From contig CAKQDL010000003.1 of NCBI GenBank assembly GCA_934229395.1, positions 932 to 64,931 on the forward strand: a DNA stretch of 64,000 nt, given 5' to 3'. The position numbers and the translations under genes are program-made. Shown here piece by piece: positions 39,100-49,531 of this stretch. The notes beneath the pieces are model-generated. The model searched no databases. It saw only the letters and a program-made list of their open reading frames with translations, and was not told where the DNA came from. Numbering within the stretch: the first letter of the stretch is position 1; each line of letters begins with the position of its first letter. Origin of the DNA: an uncultured Peptococcaceae bacterium. GTDB taxonomy: Bacteria; Bacillota; Peptococcia; Peptococcales; Peptococcaceae.

Positions 39100-39984
39100 T
39101 TATTTTCTCATCCTTTCTCGTTGTTCTAAATCTTTAAATAGTTTGAGGTAATTATCATATCGCTCTTTTGCAAATGTGTTGTTTTCAATCAAGCTTTTTA
39201 TTTCGCATTTTGGCTCTTCAACATGCATACAATTATTAAAATAACACGAATTGGCATACTGTTGATATTCTGGATATAACTCTTTTAACATGGTTTTAGT
39301 GATATCCATTGGCAAATCCAGCGCGCTGAATCCAGGTGTATCAACAATAAACCCACCGTTGTAGGAGAAAAACTCTGCAGTACGTGTGGTGTTTTTGCCA
39401 CGATTAAGCTTCATGCTGATATCCTGAACGCTTTGCACATTATAGCCTAAGAGCTTATTAATAAGTGATGATTTTCCGACGCCTGAGTTTCCAGTAAGAA
39501 CTGTGGTTTTGTTTTTGCAATAGTTTTCTATGCTTTCTAATGATTCGTTTTCAGAAATATACAAAATATTAACCTTTGTATTTTTGTAATAAGCTTCTAC
39601 AATCTGTCTATCCTCATCGTTGGATAAATCCATTTTTGAAAAGCAAATTGTTGGTGGCAGGTGATAATAGTTTGCCAAGCATAGCATTTTATCAAGCAAA
39701 AGAAAATCATAGGATGGTTCTTTGATTGCAGCAACAATTAATAGTTGATCGCTGTTTGCAATACCAGGACGCGGAATATAGTTGTTTCTGTTTCGCACAC
39801 TAGTAATATAGCCGTACATATTACCGTATGTTTCATCCAATTCGAACTCTACAAAGTCTCCAGCGACAATGAAATTTTTCTGATGATGTTTTTGCTTGCC
39901 ACTCAGTTTGCATTCGTACAGTTCGTTGTTGCAGGAAACATTATAAAATCCGCCGTGCTTTTTTAAAACTTTTCCTATCATCAT
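39100..39984 (-). CDS. rsgA: ribosome small subunit-dependent GTPase A
   Basis: Circularly permuted GTPase: FSKMDL, GNSGVGKSSLIN, DTPGF and a C-terminal Cys/His zinc motif. Confidence 0.9.
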   Translation of the reverse strand: MMIGKVLKKHGGFYNVSCNNELYECKLSGKQKHHQKNFIVAGDFVEFELDETYGNMYGYITSVRNRNNYIPRPGIANSDQLLIVAAIKEPSYDFLLLDKMLCLANYYHLPPTICFSKMDLSNDEDRQIVEAYYKNTKVNILYISENESLESIENYCKNKTTVLTGNSGVGKSSLINKLLGYNVQSVQDISMKLNRGKNTTRTAEFFSYNGGFIVDTPGFSALDLPMDITKTMLKELYPEYQQYANSCYFNNCMHVEEPKCEIKSLIENNTFAKERYDNYLKLFKDLEQRERMRK

Positions 39985-41864
39985 TAATCATAAACCTTTG
40001 TTGTGTTAGCGCTATCTATAACAGGAGCTGTGTTGTCGCCTTTATTAGTCCCTCCGGCATTTGAATTGTTGCCGTTGTTATTAGCATTGTTGCCATTGGA
40101 ATTATTGCCATTGGAATTATTACCATTGTTTGTGTTATTTCCATTATTATTGGTGTTGTTGCCGTTTGATGGCTCTTCTGCTTTTCCGGCGCTCACAACG
40201 ATATTAACTGTCGTGTACTGATCGACTTCGGAACCAGGATTGATGCCTTGACTAAGCACGTAACCTTCTGGTTCGTCAGACTCTTGATAGGTTACGCTAC
40301 CAAGATTTAATTTTGCATTTGCCAACTGCGTTTGCGCAGTTTCTAAATCGTTGCCTATCATATCCGGAACAATAGATTGTGGTTTCGCACCAAGGCTGAT
40401 TTGAAGATTAATCAGGGAACCTTTTTCTAATTTTGTTCCTGCATCGGTTTCTTGATAAACGACTTCGCCTGCATCGTAGCTATCGCTGTAAACCTCTGTT
40501 ACTGTACCAACATCTAGGTTGTTTTCCTTGAGAAGTTTAGTTGCAGCATCTAGATTTTTACCTACAACATCTGGAACCGTTGCATCCTCGGGGCCTTTGC
40601 TTATGATCACAGAAATGGTATCACCTTTTGAAACATTAGAGCCTTGTCTTGGTGTTTGTGACATGATTTCACCGGCAGCATAATCATCGCTAAACTCAGA
40701 ACCAGCCTCTATAACAGTAAGCTCATGTTGTTTGGCATTGTCTTCTGCCGCTGTAATTGTCATTCCACGAAAATCGGGAGCTGTCAGCTCGCTTGGTGGG
40801 AATAGCTTTTGGCTGATAAAAAGAGTTATCGCTAAAACAGCCAAAAGTATGCCAAACAATACCAATATGTTTGTCTTTTTTTTCTTTTTCTTTTTGTTGG
40901 CCGGAGCCTTACGAGTAACATTTTGCTTTGGTTTAGTAGAATTGTTTTCGGATTGTACACGGTTCGCATTTGCTGCTGCCTTGCTCGCTGCAGCAGCCGT
41001 AGTTACCGCTGCTGCGGCTAATGGCGTATTGAGGTTAGATGAAACTGCATTCGGCATGGTCAAGCTGGATAATGCTTTTGATAAAGCTTGCATTGATGCA
41101 AAACGATTCTCTGGATTTTTCTCTAAACATTTGCTAACGATGAACCCTAAACTTTCAGGAATATCGTTTACGAGCATATGCACATTTTTTGCAGGTTCTT
41201 GTATATGTTTTAATGCCACACTTACAGGATTATCGGCAGTAAATGGCAATTCGCCAATAAGCATTTCGTACAAGACTACACCCAGAGAATAAACATCTGT
41301 TTGATAGGATAATTTTTCGCCGCGTGCTTGTTCTGGAGAAAAATAATGTGCTGAACCCAAAACACCCTTATTATGCGTGATGGTTGTATTGTTCATCATT
41401 TGCGAAATGCCAAAGTCTGTTATTTTAACGGTATCATGCTTATCAATGATGATATTTTGGCTCTTCACGTCTTTGTGAATGATTTGGTTTGAGTGTGCAT
41501 AAGCCAGCGCATTTGCAATTTGAATGCCATACTTTACAACTTGTTGCCAAGGCATTGCGCCATCTCGGTTGATTTTATCTTTTAAGGTTTCCCCTTCAAT
41601 ATATTCCATCACCAAACACATTGTTTCATCTTCGGTGATGATATCATAGATACCAACAATGTTATTATGCGAAAGCTTTGCAATAGCCACGGCTTCTTTT
41701 TGAAAGTGTCTACGGAAGGTGCTGTCTTCAGTGTATTCCTCTCTCAATACTTTAATAGCAACTTTTCTATCAAGCGACAAATCTTTCGCAAGATAAACAA
41801 TTGCCATACCGCCGCTGCCTATTTTTTTTATAATCTGATAACGTCCAGCTAATAAATCGTTCAA
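39984..41864 (-). CDS. prkC: Ser/Thr protein kinase with three PASTA domains (PrkC/Stk1 type) and an Asn/Gly-rich C-terminal tail
   Basis: Kinase motifs GSGGMAIVY, AIKVL, HKDVKSQN and DFG. One TM segment after a Lys7 run. Three PASTA repeats. Low-complexity tail NGNNTNNNGNNTNNGNNSNGNNSNGNNANNNGNNSN. Confidence 0.93.
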   Translation of the reverse strand: MNDLLAGRYQIIKKIGSGGMAIVYLAKDLSLDRKVAIKVLREEYTEDSTFRRHFQKEAVAIAKLSHNNIVGIYDIITEDETMCLVMEYIEGETLKDKINRDGAMPWQQVVKYGIQIANALAYAHSNQIIHKDVKSQNIIIDKHDTVKITDFGISQMMNNTTITHNKGVLGSAHYFSPEQARGEKLSYQTDVYSLGVVLYEMLIGELPFTADNPVSVALKHIQEPAKNVHMLVNDIPESLGFIVSKCLEKNPENRFASMQALSKALSSLTMPNAVSSNLNTPLAAAAVTTAAAASKAAANANRVQSENNSTKPKQNVTRKAPANKKKKKKKTNILVLFGILLAVLAITLFISQKLFPPSELTAPDFRGMTITAAEDNAKQHELTVIEAGSEFSDDYAAGEIMSQTPRQGSNVSKGDTISVIISKGPEDATVPDVVGKNLDAATKLLKENNLDVGTVTEVYSDSYDAGEVVYQETDAGTKLEKGSLINLQISLGAKPQSIVPDMIGNDLETAQTQLANAKLNLGSVTYQESDEPEGYVLSQGINPGSEVDQYTTVNIVVSAGKAEEPSNGNNTNNNGNNTNNGNNSNGNNSNGNNANNNGNNSNAGGTNKGDNTAPVIDSANTTKVYD

Positions 41865-42613
41865 AGTTTTACCCCCCTTTCAGGAAATACGCCAACAACG
41901 ACGCTTAAATTATCTTTCCCGCCCATATCTAAGGCAGTTTTCATTAAGCTATCCACAAATTCGTGGATATTATCTGTATTTTTCAGCATTTTTAAAACAT
42001 CCAACGGTTTTATATAACGATAGATTCCGTCCGTTAACAGAATAATATAGTCGTTTGGCATCAAACGAAATCGACCGACTTGAGGCTCAACTGTTTCATC
42101 AGGGCCAATGGCTTTTGTTAAATAATTATGCGAGCTCAGTGTGCCTTTGCTTTGTAATTCCACGAAGGTTTTAAAATCGTTGCGTGCAAGTTCTGAAATA
42201 TAAGTGTGATCGAAGGTTATTTGCTCTATGTCCTCTTTTCCACGTGAAACATAAATGCGTGTGTCACCGATGTGAGCAAAATAAAGATAGCCGTCGCTAA
42301 GGAGCGCACAGGTTAATGTTGTGCCACATATCGCACCTGCTTCAAGATTTTCTTGGATTGCATGTACAGCAAGATTTGCTTTATGAAATGCATCTTTAAG
42401 TAAACGTTGCTTATCACTATAGAAGTTTATCTGCTTGTAAATGAACGATTTTATGGTTTCAACGGCTGTTTGACTAGCCTCATCGCCACGTGCATGACCG
42501 CCAATACCGTCTGCGACAATCATCATGCCGAAACCATCGTCATAAAATATGGTATCCTCGTTTGCTTCACGAACCAGACCAATATCTGTTCTTCCGAAGA
42601 TCAATGATATCAT
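41861..42613 (-). CDS. stp: PP2C-family Ser/Thr phosphatase (Stp/PrpC)
   Basis: RTDIGLVREANED, VADGIGGH and GGKDNLSVVV motifs. Overlaps the prkC start. Confidence 0.92.
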   Translation of the reverse strand: MISLIFGRTDIGLVREANEDTIFYDDGFGMMIVADGIGGHARGDEASQTAVETIKSFIYKQINFYSDKQRLLKDAFHKANLAVHAIQENLEAGAICGTTLTCALLSDGYLYFAHIGDTRIYVSRGKEDIEQITFDHTYISELARNDFKTFVELQSKGTLSSHNYLTKAIGPDETVEPQVGRFRLMPNDYIILLTDGIYRYIKPLDVLKMLKNTDNIHEFVDSLMKTALDMGGKDNLSVVVGVFPERGVKL

Positions 42614-42616
42614 CCC

Positions 42617-43681
42617 CTATTCGTTTGATTCGCTATAGCTGGCCTTTAACTGTCCACAAGCGCCATCGATATCCGCGCCCTTTTCTTGGCGAATACTGGC
42701 GCCAATGCCATTTGCTCGAAGTGCTTCTATGAAGCGATTGATGTGTGCTTTATTAGGACGAAGCAAGGTTTTATTGTGCTCTGCAGAATTAATTGGAATG
42801 ACATTAATATGGCAATCAAGGTGTTTTAAGAGCTCTTTTAATTCGTTGACATGCTTAGGCTGATCATTAACATTTTCAATGAGTGCATATTCAAAGCTAA
42901 TACGTTTCCCAGTGACATCTTGATAATATTTGCACGTTTCCATCAAAGATTCTAACGGGTATGCATGATTCACTGGCATGAGAGCGTCTCTGTCCTTATT
43001 GTTGGATGCATGAAGTGAGATGGCCAAACCCAAGTCAGTGTTTCTATCTGCGAACTCTATAAGCTTTGGCACAACGCCACAAGTTGAAATGGTAATACGT
43101 CTTGGCGAGAGATTCATTCCATTTGGATGACATAAAATATCTGATGCTTTCATAACATTTTCGAAATTATTAAAAGGTTCTCCCATACCCATAAAAACAA
43201 TATTTCTGATTTCCTGTCCATGCTCTTGCTCGCCTAGGATGCGATTTGCCAAATATATTTCGGACAATATTTCAGCCGTTGTCATGTTTCTACTAAAACC
43301 TTGGTGTCCTGTAGCGCAGAAAACGCAGCCCATTGCGCAACCAACTTGACTGGATACACACAAGGTATTTCTTTGTTTGCTGAAATCTCCACGATAGCGC
43401 ATAAGAACACTTTCAATAAGGGCCCCATCTTTTAATTCGAGCAAATACTTTTCAGTTCCATCTTTTGATACAAAGCGTTTTTTTAATATAGGTGATTCAA
43501 TTGTGTAGGCATCATCCTTTAGTTGCTGAAGGAGCTTCTTTCCTACATTATGTGCTTCGTTAAAGTCAGTTATTTGGTAATTATGTATCCAAGAAAAAAA
43601 CTGTTTGGTACGGAATTTTGGTTCTCCGATTTCACCTAAATAATTCTCTAGCTCTGCGTAATCTAGCTCTCTAATGTCCAA
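42617..43681 (-). CDS. rlmN: 23S rRNA / tRNA adenine-C2 methyltransferase RlmN (radical SAM)
   Basis: FRTKQFFSW, SSQVGCAMGCVFCATG and GMGEP motifs. TTG start. Confidence 0.93.
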   Translation of the reverse strand: MDIRELDYAELENYLGEIGEPKFRTKQFFSWIHNYQITDFNEAHNVGKKLLQQLKDDAYTIESPILKKRFVSKDGTEKYLLELKDGALIESVLMRYRGDFSKQRNTLCVSSQVGCAMGCVFCATGHQGFSRNMTTAEILSEIYLANRILGEQEHGQEIRNIVFMGMGEPFNNFENVMKASDILCHPNGMNLSPRRITISTCGVVPKLIEFADRNTDLGLAISLHASNNKDRDALMPVNHAYPLESLMETCKYYQDVTGKRISFEYALIENVNDQPKHVNELKELLKHLDCHINVIPINSAEHNKTLLRPNKAHINRFIEALRANGIGASIRQEKGADIDGACGQLKASYSESNE

Positions 43682-43686
43682 ACTCG

Positions 43687-45009
43687 CTATTCCTTTCTTC
43701 GTAATTTTGCAATAAAAAAGCCGTCAGATTGATCAATGAAAGGATATATTGTCTTATATCCTTCAAGGCATTCGCCATTTGTATATGAAAAAGGTGTAAG
43801 CTCATACTCTGGGTGTCGCTCTAAAAAGCGCTGTATTTGTAGCTCGTTTTCACCCTTGTTGAGCGTGCAGGTACTGTAAACCATAGTGCCACCTTTTTTC
43901 AGATATCTGGACGCTGCATCTAGCAAAGATGCTTGTAGCGCCTCTATTTCTGTTAGGTTGCTCTTACGAACGCGCCAACGCAGATCCGCTCTTCTGTTTA
44001 AAACGCCAAGGCCACTGCACGGTGCATCTAATAAAATATAATCAAAGCTTTCATTGTTATTGTCAGGTAATTTTGTTGCATCACCAGCAACGGCTTTTAC
44101 ATTGCGTACACCTAGCTTTTTTACATTTTCTATAATAAGGCCAACACGATGGTCATGCAAATCACATGCTGTGATGCTTCCGCTATTGTTCATTATAGCA
44201 GATAGATATGTTGTTTTTCCACCTGGCGCAGCACACATATCCAAAACATGTGCATCCTTTTCGGGCGCTAAAATACGTGCTGGCAGCATAGAGCTTAAAT
44301 CTTGCACGAAAACTTTTCCTTCTTCAATAAGACCAGAGGCCTGGACCTTCTGCATTTTTTTTACTAAAAACGCTTCATGAATAAAAGGGTGTTGTTGAAA
44401 AGGTATTTCTACTGCTGTTAACGTTTTTTCTACTTCTGCTACAGATGTTTTTAACGTATTCACGCGAAGCCAATTTTGCGCTGGTTGGTTGAAATATTGG
44501 CAAAGCTTTTCAGTATCACTAAAACCGTATTCTTTCACCCATGCATCAACAAGCCATTGCGGAAAGCTGTACCATTTAGAAAAATATTGATTTCTATAAC
44601 GGCGTTTATCTGGCCAAATTACTGTTTCTTCTTTTCTTTCGATTTTATGCAAGAGCGCATTTATGAGCTTGTCTGTTTTTAAACCAACATCTTTTGCTAA
44701 TTGAACGGCTTCATTTAAGACAGCATGGGGTGGTATTTTATCAAGAAATTCAAGCTGATACACGGCCATACGCATAATTATAACGGTTTTTTTGTCAAGC
44801 TTTTTACTCTTTGTGTATTGCTTTATGACATGGTCGAGGTGAAGCTGCATTTTTGTACAGCCGTAAACCAATTCTGTTGTAAGACGTTTATCGTTTGCAT
44901 TTAACGATGAATGCAAAAGAGCCTTGTCCAATGCAAGATTGGCATAGGCTCCATTCACCTGGATTTCATTTAACACATCATAAGCTAGGTGTCTAGCATT
45001 TTCGGTCAT
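43687..45009 (-). CDS. rsmB: 16S rRNA (cytosine967-C5)-methyltransferase
   Basis: NusB-like N-terminal domain. DMCAAPGGKT, DAPCSGLGV and YSTCT motifs. Confidence 0.92.
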   Translation of the reverse strand: MTENARHLAYDVLNEIQVNGAYANLALDKALLHSSLNANDKRLTTELVYGCTKMQLHLDHVIKQYTKSKKLDKKTVIIMRMAVYQLEFLDKIPPHAVLNEAVQLAKDVGLKTDKLINALLHKIERKEETVIWPDKRRYRNQYFSKWYSFPQWLVDAWVKEYGFSDTEKLCQYFNQPAQNWLRVNTLKTSVAEVEKTLTAVEIPFQQHPFIHEAFLVKKMQKVQASGLIEEGKVFVQDLSSMLPARILAPEKDAHVLDMCAAPGGKTTYLSAIMNNSGSITACDLHDHRVGLIIENVKKLGVRNVKAVAGDATKLPDNNNESFDYILLDAPCSGLGVLNRRADLRWRVRKSNLTEIEALQASLLDAASRYLKKGGTMVYSTCTLNKGENELQIQRFLERHPEYELTPFSYTNGECLEGYKTIYPFIDQSDGFFIAKLRRKE

Positions 45010-45032
45010 TTACTCATCCACCATTTCTTTAT

Positions 45033-45710
45033 TTATTCGTCGCGATTGAATACCCATAAAAACTGCAAGAGTTGAGAAAGCGCTGTAATAAGTGCCGCAA
45101 CATAGGTCATTGCAGCAGCGCCAAGAACACGTTTTACGCCTACAAGCTCATCTGATACAAGCACACCATCGGCTTCTAACGTTTTGTAAGCTCTGTTTGA
45201 GGCATTAAACTCTACAGGTAGAGTGATAAGCTGAAAGAGCACGATGACACCGAAGAGGGCAATACCAATACCCACCATGGATTGGCTATTTAAAAAGATG
45301 CCCAATAGGATGATTGGAAAATATAAGTTGCTGCTAAAGTTTGTCACTGGCACAACCACATTTCTGACTTGTAATGGCATATAACCCGTGGCATGTTGAA
45401 TCGCATGGCCAACTTCATGAGCTGCTATGCCAAGAGAAGCGATGCTCGTGCCATTAAAAACTTCTGAAGAAAGACGTACCTGTCTTGCCTGGGGATCATA
45501 ATGATCGCTCATTTTACCGCTGATTGGAACAATAGAGACATTATTTAAACCATTGTCATTGAGCATACGGCGTGCAAATTGTGCACCACTAATACCGCTT
45601 TGGGCATGAACTGAAGAATATTTTTTATAATTTGAGGAAACCTTTGCCTGTGCATAAAGCGCAAAGAGAAAACCGGGAATAAGAATAATCATAGAAATAT
45701 CGTAAATCAT
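45033..45710 (-). CDS. membrane zinc metallopeptidase, YugP family
   Basis: HEVGHAIQH motif, N-terminal and C-terminal TM segments, MSDHYDP motif. Confidence 0.82.
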   Translation of the reverse strand: MIYDISMIILIPGFLFALYAQAKVSSNYKKYSSVHAQSGISGAQFARRMLNDNGLNNVSIVPISGKMSDHYDPQARQVRLSSEVFNGTSIASLGIAAHEVGHAIQHATGYMPLQVRNVVVPVTNFSSNLYFPIILLGIFLNSQSMVGIGIALFGVIVLFQLITLPVEFNASNRAYKTLEADGVLVSDELVGVKRVLGAAAMTYVAALITALSQLLQFLWVFNRDE

Positions 45711-45716
45711 ACTATC

Positions 45717-46652
45717 TCAACTTTCTTTAAAAATTTCTCCCTTTTTAAGTGCATGTCCATTGAGAAAATTTTGGATGGTCATTGGTTTTTTTCCTGGTAA
45801 CTGAACTTCTTCTACGTCAATTGCGCCATCACCTGTAGAAATGACAATTTTTTTCTTGGTAATGTCCATTATTTCCCCATTTTCATGTATACCTTCTACT
45901 AGATTATCAGAAACTTTCATTGATTTGAAGGCAATTCGCTTATTGTTAATAAAAGAATATATGCTATCATCCGGAAGTAGCGAACGATTCAAATTGACAA
46001 TATCTGTTGCAGCCATAGAAAAATCTGCTTTTGCATCATTTTTTTCAAACATTGGCGCATAGGTTGCTCGACTATGGTCTTGTTCTGTTGGCGTTAGTTC
46101 ATCAATATTATCCAATGTATGCAACAAAGCATTTGCACCTAATACAGCCAAGGCGTCAAATAAATCTTTTTTGTTCCATTCTGGTAAAATGGTAAGCTGT
46201 TGACATTCATATACAGCACCTTCATCAAGGCCTGATTCGAGCTTCATAATGCTCACGCCAGTTTTTACGTCGCCATTACGCAAGGCCCATTGAATAGGCG
46301 CTGCCCCTCTGTACATAGGCAAAATAGAGGCGTGAACATTTAAATAACCGTATTTTGGCATAGCAAGCAAGGCATCTGGAATAATACGTCCATACGCCGC
46401 AACAATGACAACATCGGGATTTAATGTCTTAAATTGATCTTCGATTTCTTCTGTTCTAATGGAAGCAGGTTGGATGAGCGGAAGCTGTTGCTCCTTGGCG
46501 TATTCAGCCACTGGTGGTGCTTGCATTTTTTTGCCACGGCCTTTTGGACGATCCGGTTGGCTTACAACCAAATCAATTTGATGTCCAGCCTGGCGAAGTG
46601 CATCTAAAATGGTGACAGCAAAATCAGGCGTACCCATAAAAATCATTTTCAT
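45717..46652 (-). CDS. fmt: methionyl-tRNA formyltransferase
   Basis: IFMGTPDFAV, NVHASILPMYRGAAPIQ motifs. Confidence 0.94.
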   Translation of the reverse strand: MKMIFMGTPDFAVTILDALRQAGHQIDLVVSQPDRPKGRGKKMQAPPVAEYAKEQQLPLIQPASIRTEEIEDQFKTLNPDVVIVAAYGRIIPDALLAMPKYGYLNVHASILPMYRGAAPIQWALRNGDVKTGVSIMKLESGLDEGAVYECQQLTILPEWNKKDLFDALAVLGANALLHTLDNIDELTPTEQDHSRATYAPMFEKNDAKADFSMAATDIVNLNRSLLPDDSIYSFINNKRIAFKSMKVSDNLVEGIHENGEIMDITKKKIVISTGDGAIDVEEVQLPGKKPMTIQNFLNGHALKKGEIFKES

Positions 46653-46657
46653 ATACT

Positions 46658-47110
46658 TTACGCCCCTTCGATATCTGTTGCTTTATCTACAAAAATAATC
46701 CCATTGAGATGATCGATTTCATGTTGGAATGCACGTGCTTTAAAGCCATTGGCTTCAATGACTACTTCTTCGCCGTCCTCATTTAATGCACGAACCGTTA
46801 CTTTCTCACTTCGTTTTACATTGCCGATGGTGTTTGGTACGCTGAGGCAGCCTTCTGGACCATCTTGAATGCCGCTTGATGCGATGATTTCCGGATTAAC
46901 GAGTTTATATAATCCGTCACCAACATCAACAACAATAACGCGTTTGCTAATACCAACCTGAGGCGCAGCGAGACCAACACCCTTTGAATGATACATTGTT
47001 TCAGCCATATTGGCGAGAAGCTTTTTGACGTTATCATTTACTTCCTTAACAGGTTTAGAAATTTTTCTTAGAACAGGATCACCTGTAATTACTACGTTAT
47101 ATCTAGCCAT
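46658..47110 (-). CDS. def: peptide deformylase
   Basis: GVGLAAPQ, EGCLS and HEIDHLNG motifs. Confidence 0.95.
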   Translation of the reverse strand: MARYNVVITGDPVLRKISKPVKEVNDNVKKLLANMAETMYHSKGVGLAAPQVGISKRVIVVDVGDGLYKLVNPEIIASSGIQDGPEGCLSVPNTIGNVKRSEKVTVRALNEDGEEVVIEANGFKARAFQHEIDHLNGIIFVDKATDIEGA

Positions 47111-47125
47111 TTTTTCCTCCGGTAA

Positions 47126-49477
47126 TTAAAAAATATTTTCTGGATCCACATCAACCACAATACGTGTCGTTGCACCAACATGCAAGGTATGCATGTTTTT
47201 TCTAAACGATGATGTAATGGTGTGTATATCCGCCACAGACTTTGCTTTAATAATTAAATGCATTCTAAATCGGTTGTTCTTTTTGGGCAATGGTGCGAAT
47301 GCAGGACCTATGAGTTGCATTTGTACGGGAAGCCCAACAATGTAATTATAAATTGATTGCATTGCAGACTCAACATTTTTTATTTGATAATCACTTACAA
47401 TAATACGGCATAATCGTACAATCGGCGGATAGAGCCACTCCTTACGAAAACTCATTTCATCTAGAAAAAACTGATGCATATTTTGTCTGATAGCATTTGT
47501 ATATGCATAATGTTCTTTCTGATACGTTTGTATGAATACATGGCTTTCTTTGTTATCTCTTCCTGCACGTCCAGCAACCTGAACCATCAGTTGAAAGCAT
47601 CGTTCTGCACCTCGAAAGTCGGGTAGATTGAGCGTAATGTCAGCATGAACGACGCCAATACAGGTTGTGTTGTTAAAGTCAAAGCCCTTAGCCAAAAGCT
47701 GAGTGCCAATCAATATGTCGATATCTCCATGAGCATAATCACTAAAAATACGATCTCGTGTGGCCTTATTTTCAAGGGATTGTGCATCAAGACGCGCCAC
47801 CATTGCATTCGGAAAAAGCCGCTTGCATTCTTCTTCTACTGTTTCCGTACCTAAACCATTTTTTTTCAGAAAATCATTCCCACAGCTCGGGCAAGTTTTT
47901 ATCATGGGCATTTGAAATTCGCAATAATTACATTTTAATATGTTGCTGGATTGATAATAGGTAAGCGGAATATCGCACTTTGGGCATTTTATGACTTCAC
48001 CACATTCATTACAAATGATACTAGAGGCATATCCTTTTTTATTAATAAGAATTATAACCTGTTCAGACCGTTCTAACGTGCAGCGCATCGCTGCTTTTAA
48101 CTCCTCGCTCAAGCTGTTGCGATTGCCCATTTCTCTATCTTCTATCATATCTACAAGATGAACACTGGGTAGTTCGGATTGATTAGCACGCTCTGTCATA
48201 TTATGAATGCTACATCTTCCTTGAATGACTTCATACAAGGTATCAACCGATGGTGTTGCGCTACCTAAGACCACAACAGCTTGCTCTCTTTGTGCTAAGA
48301 AAGTAGCTACATTGATGGCGTGATATCTCGGATCGGGTTCACTTTGTTTGTAACTGCTGTCGTGTTCTTCATCAATAATGATAAGCCCTAATGCATTAAA
48401 AGGCATAAACAGAGCGCTTCTAGGACCTATGATAATACGCAAGTCATTGGTTTTAACCTGCTGCCAAATAGCAAAACGTTCTTTATCCGTTAACTGGCTG
48501 TGGAGCAAGCCTATCGAACCAGCAAAACGCTTGTTTAATCTAAGAAATAGCTGATTTGATAGTGCAATTTCTGGGACCAAAATTAATGCTTGTTTTTTTT
48601 GAAGCAGCGTTTGCTCAATAAGGTTTTCATAAATTAACGTTTTTCCACTCCCAGTTACGCCATTCAAAAGATGCTTGGCGTACTGGCACTTTTGCAGATC
48701 TTCTGCGATGCTATGATAAATTTGATTCTGCACTTCGTTCATAGTCAGATGCGAAGTGGCAGCCTCTGGCAGAGCCTCATTATTTATGCTTTTGGCAACT
48801 TTAATATAGCCTTTTTCCAATAACGCTTTGAGCTGAGCTTGTGGATTGCTATAGTGTTCTTTAATTTCATCTTCTGTGCAAATAGTTTTATTCAAAAACA
48901 GTTCAAATATTGCTTTTTGTTTTGGTGCTTTTTTGAGCTCGTCAACCCAGATTTCCAAGGTCGACGTGTCTTCACAGCTTTTTTGATAATATTTTTTTGA
49001 AGAGGTTTCTTTGGGCGTATGATGAAGGATATTCCCGCGCCCTTGCTCAAGCATAACGCTCAGTTCTCTGGCGTTTTTTTCATTAACTCTATGAATTGCT
49101 TCTTCATTATCTTTTACAGCTACAGTGGTATGTTTTAAAAGATACTTAGGAATAACGAGATTTAGAGCATAAATAAGTGCACAGGCGTAATAATCCGATA
49201 AATATTGACATAAAGCCACGTCTTTTTCATCAAGAACTGCTCCATAGGTGTGTGGCAGTAAAACGTTCTTTATTTTACCGCTGTCTTCAGAACAGGTATC
49301 GCTTAGACGGATTACATATCCTTTTTTTACCTTTTCATTTTTGCCAAAAGGAACATAGACCAGAGAACCGATTTCAATATGCTCCTTTATGGCGTCTGGA
49401 ATTTTGTATGTAAATCCATCTTCTCTAATAAAAGGGACGCCATCAACAATAACTTGGCAATATTGCACGATTCTCAC
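47126..49477 (-). CDS. priA: primosomal replication restart helicase PriA
   Basis: Walker A GVTGSGKT, DEEH box, Cys-rich zinc insertion (CNECG..CPKCD..CNYC..CPSCG). GTG start. Confidence 0.93.
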   Translation of the reverse strand: MRIVQYCQVIVDGVPFIREDGFTYKIPDAIKEHIEIGSLVYVPFGKNEKVKKGYVIRLSDTCSEDSGKIKNVLLPHTYGAVLDEKDVALCQYLSDYYACALIYALNLVIPKYLLKHTTVAVKDNEEAIHRVNEKNARELSVMLEQGRGNILHHTPKETSSKKYYQKSCEDTSTLEIWVDELKKAPKQKAIFELFLNKTICTEDEIKEHYSNPQAQLKALLEKGYIKVAKSINNEALPEAATSHLTMNEVQNQIYHSIAEDLQKCQYAKHLLNGVTGSGKTLIYENLIEQTLLQKKQALILVPEIALSNQLFLRLNKRFAGSIGLLHSQLTDKERFAIWQQVKTNDLRIIIGPRSALFMPFNALGLIIIDEEHDSSYKQSEPDPRYHAINVATFLAQREQAVVVLGSATPSVDTLYEVIQGRCSIHNMTERANQSELPSVHLVDMIEDREMGNRNSLSEELKAAMRCTLERSEQVIILINKKGYASSIICNECGEVIKCPKCDIPLTYYQSSNILKCNYCEFQMPMIKTCPSCGNDFLKKNGLGTETVEEECKRLFPNAMVARLDAQSLENKATRDRIFSDYAHGDIDILIGTQLLAKGFDFNNTTCIGVVHADITLNLPDFRGAERCFQLMVQVAGRAGRDNKESHVFIQTYQKEHYAYTNAIRQNMHQFFLDEMSFRKEWLYPPIVRLCRIIVSDYQIKNVESAMQSIYNYIVGLPVQMQLIGPAFAPLPKKNNRFRMHLIIKAKSVADIHTITSSFRKNMHTLHVGATTRIVVDVDPENIF

Positions 49478-49494
49478 CTACCTTCAAATAGTAT

Positions 49495-49525
49495 AAAAAG
49501 CAGATACCGTGAGTATCTGCTTTTT
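49495..49525 (-). terminator. rho-independent terminator after metK (bidirectional architecture)
   Basis: AAAAAGCAGATAC, 5-nt loop, GTATCTGCTTTTT. Confidence 0.8.
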
Positions 49526-49531
49526 CATTAC

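Noticed and set aside
40030-40190. Short tandem repeats that might be mistaken for a CRISPR-like or minisatellite array.
   Set aside because: The repeats are in frame within prkC, imperfect, 9-15 nt long and have no spacers. This is coding low-complexity sequence, not CRISPR.
40868-40900. A/T homopolymer runs (Lys7 tract in prkC). A similar A9 run lies in infB near 34601.
   Set aside because: I considered these as phase-variation tracts. Both are in essential or core genes and encode plausible juxtamembrane or linker poly-Lys segments. There is no evidence of a frameshifted copy.
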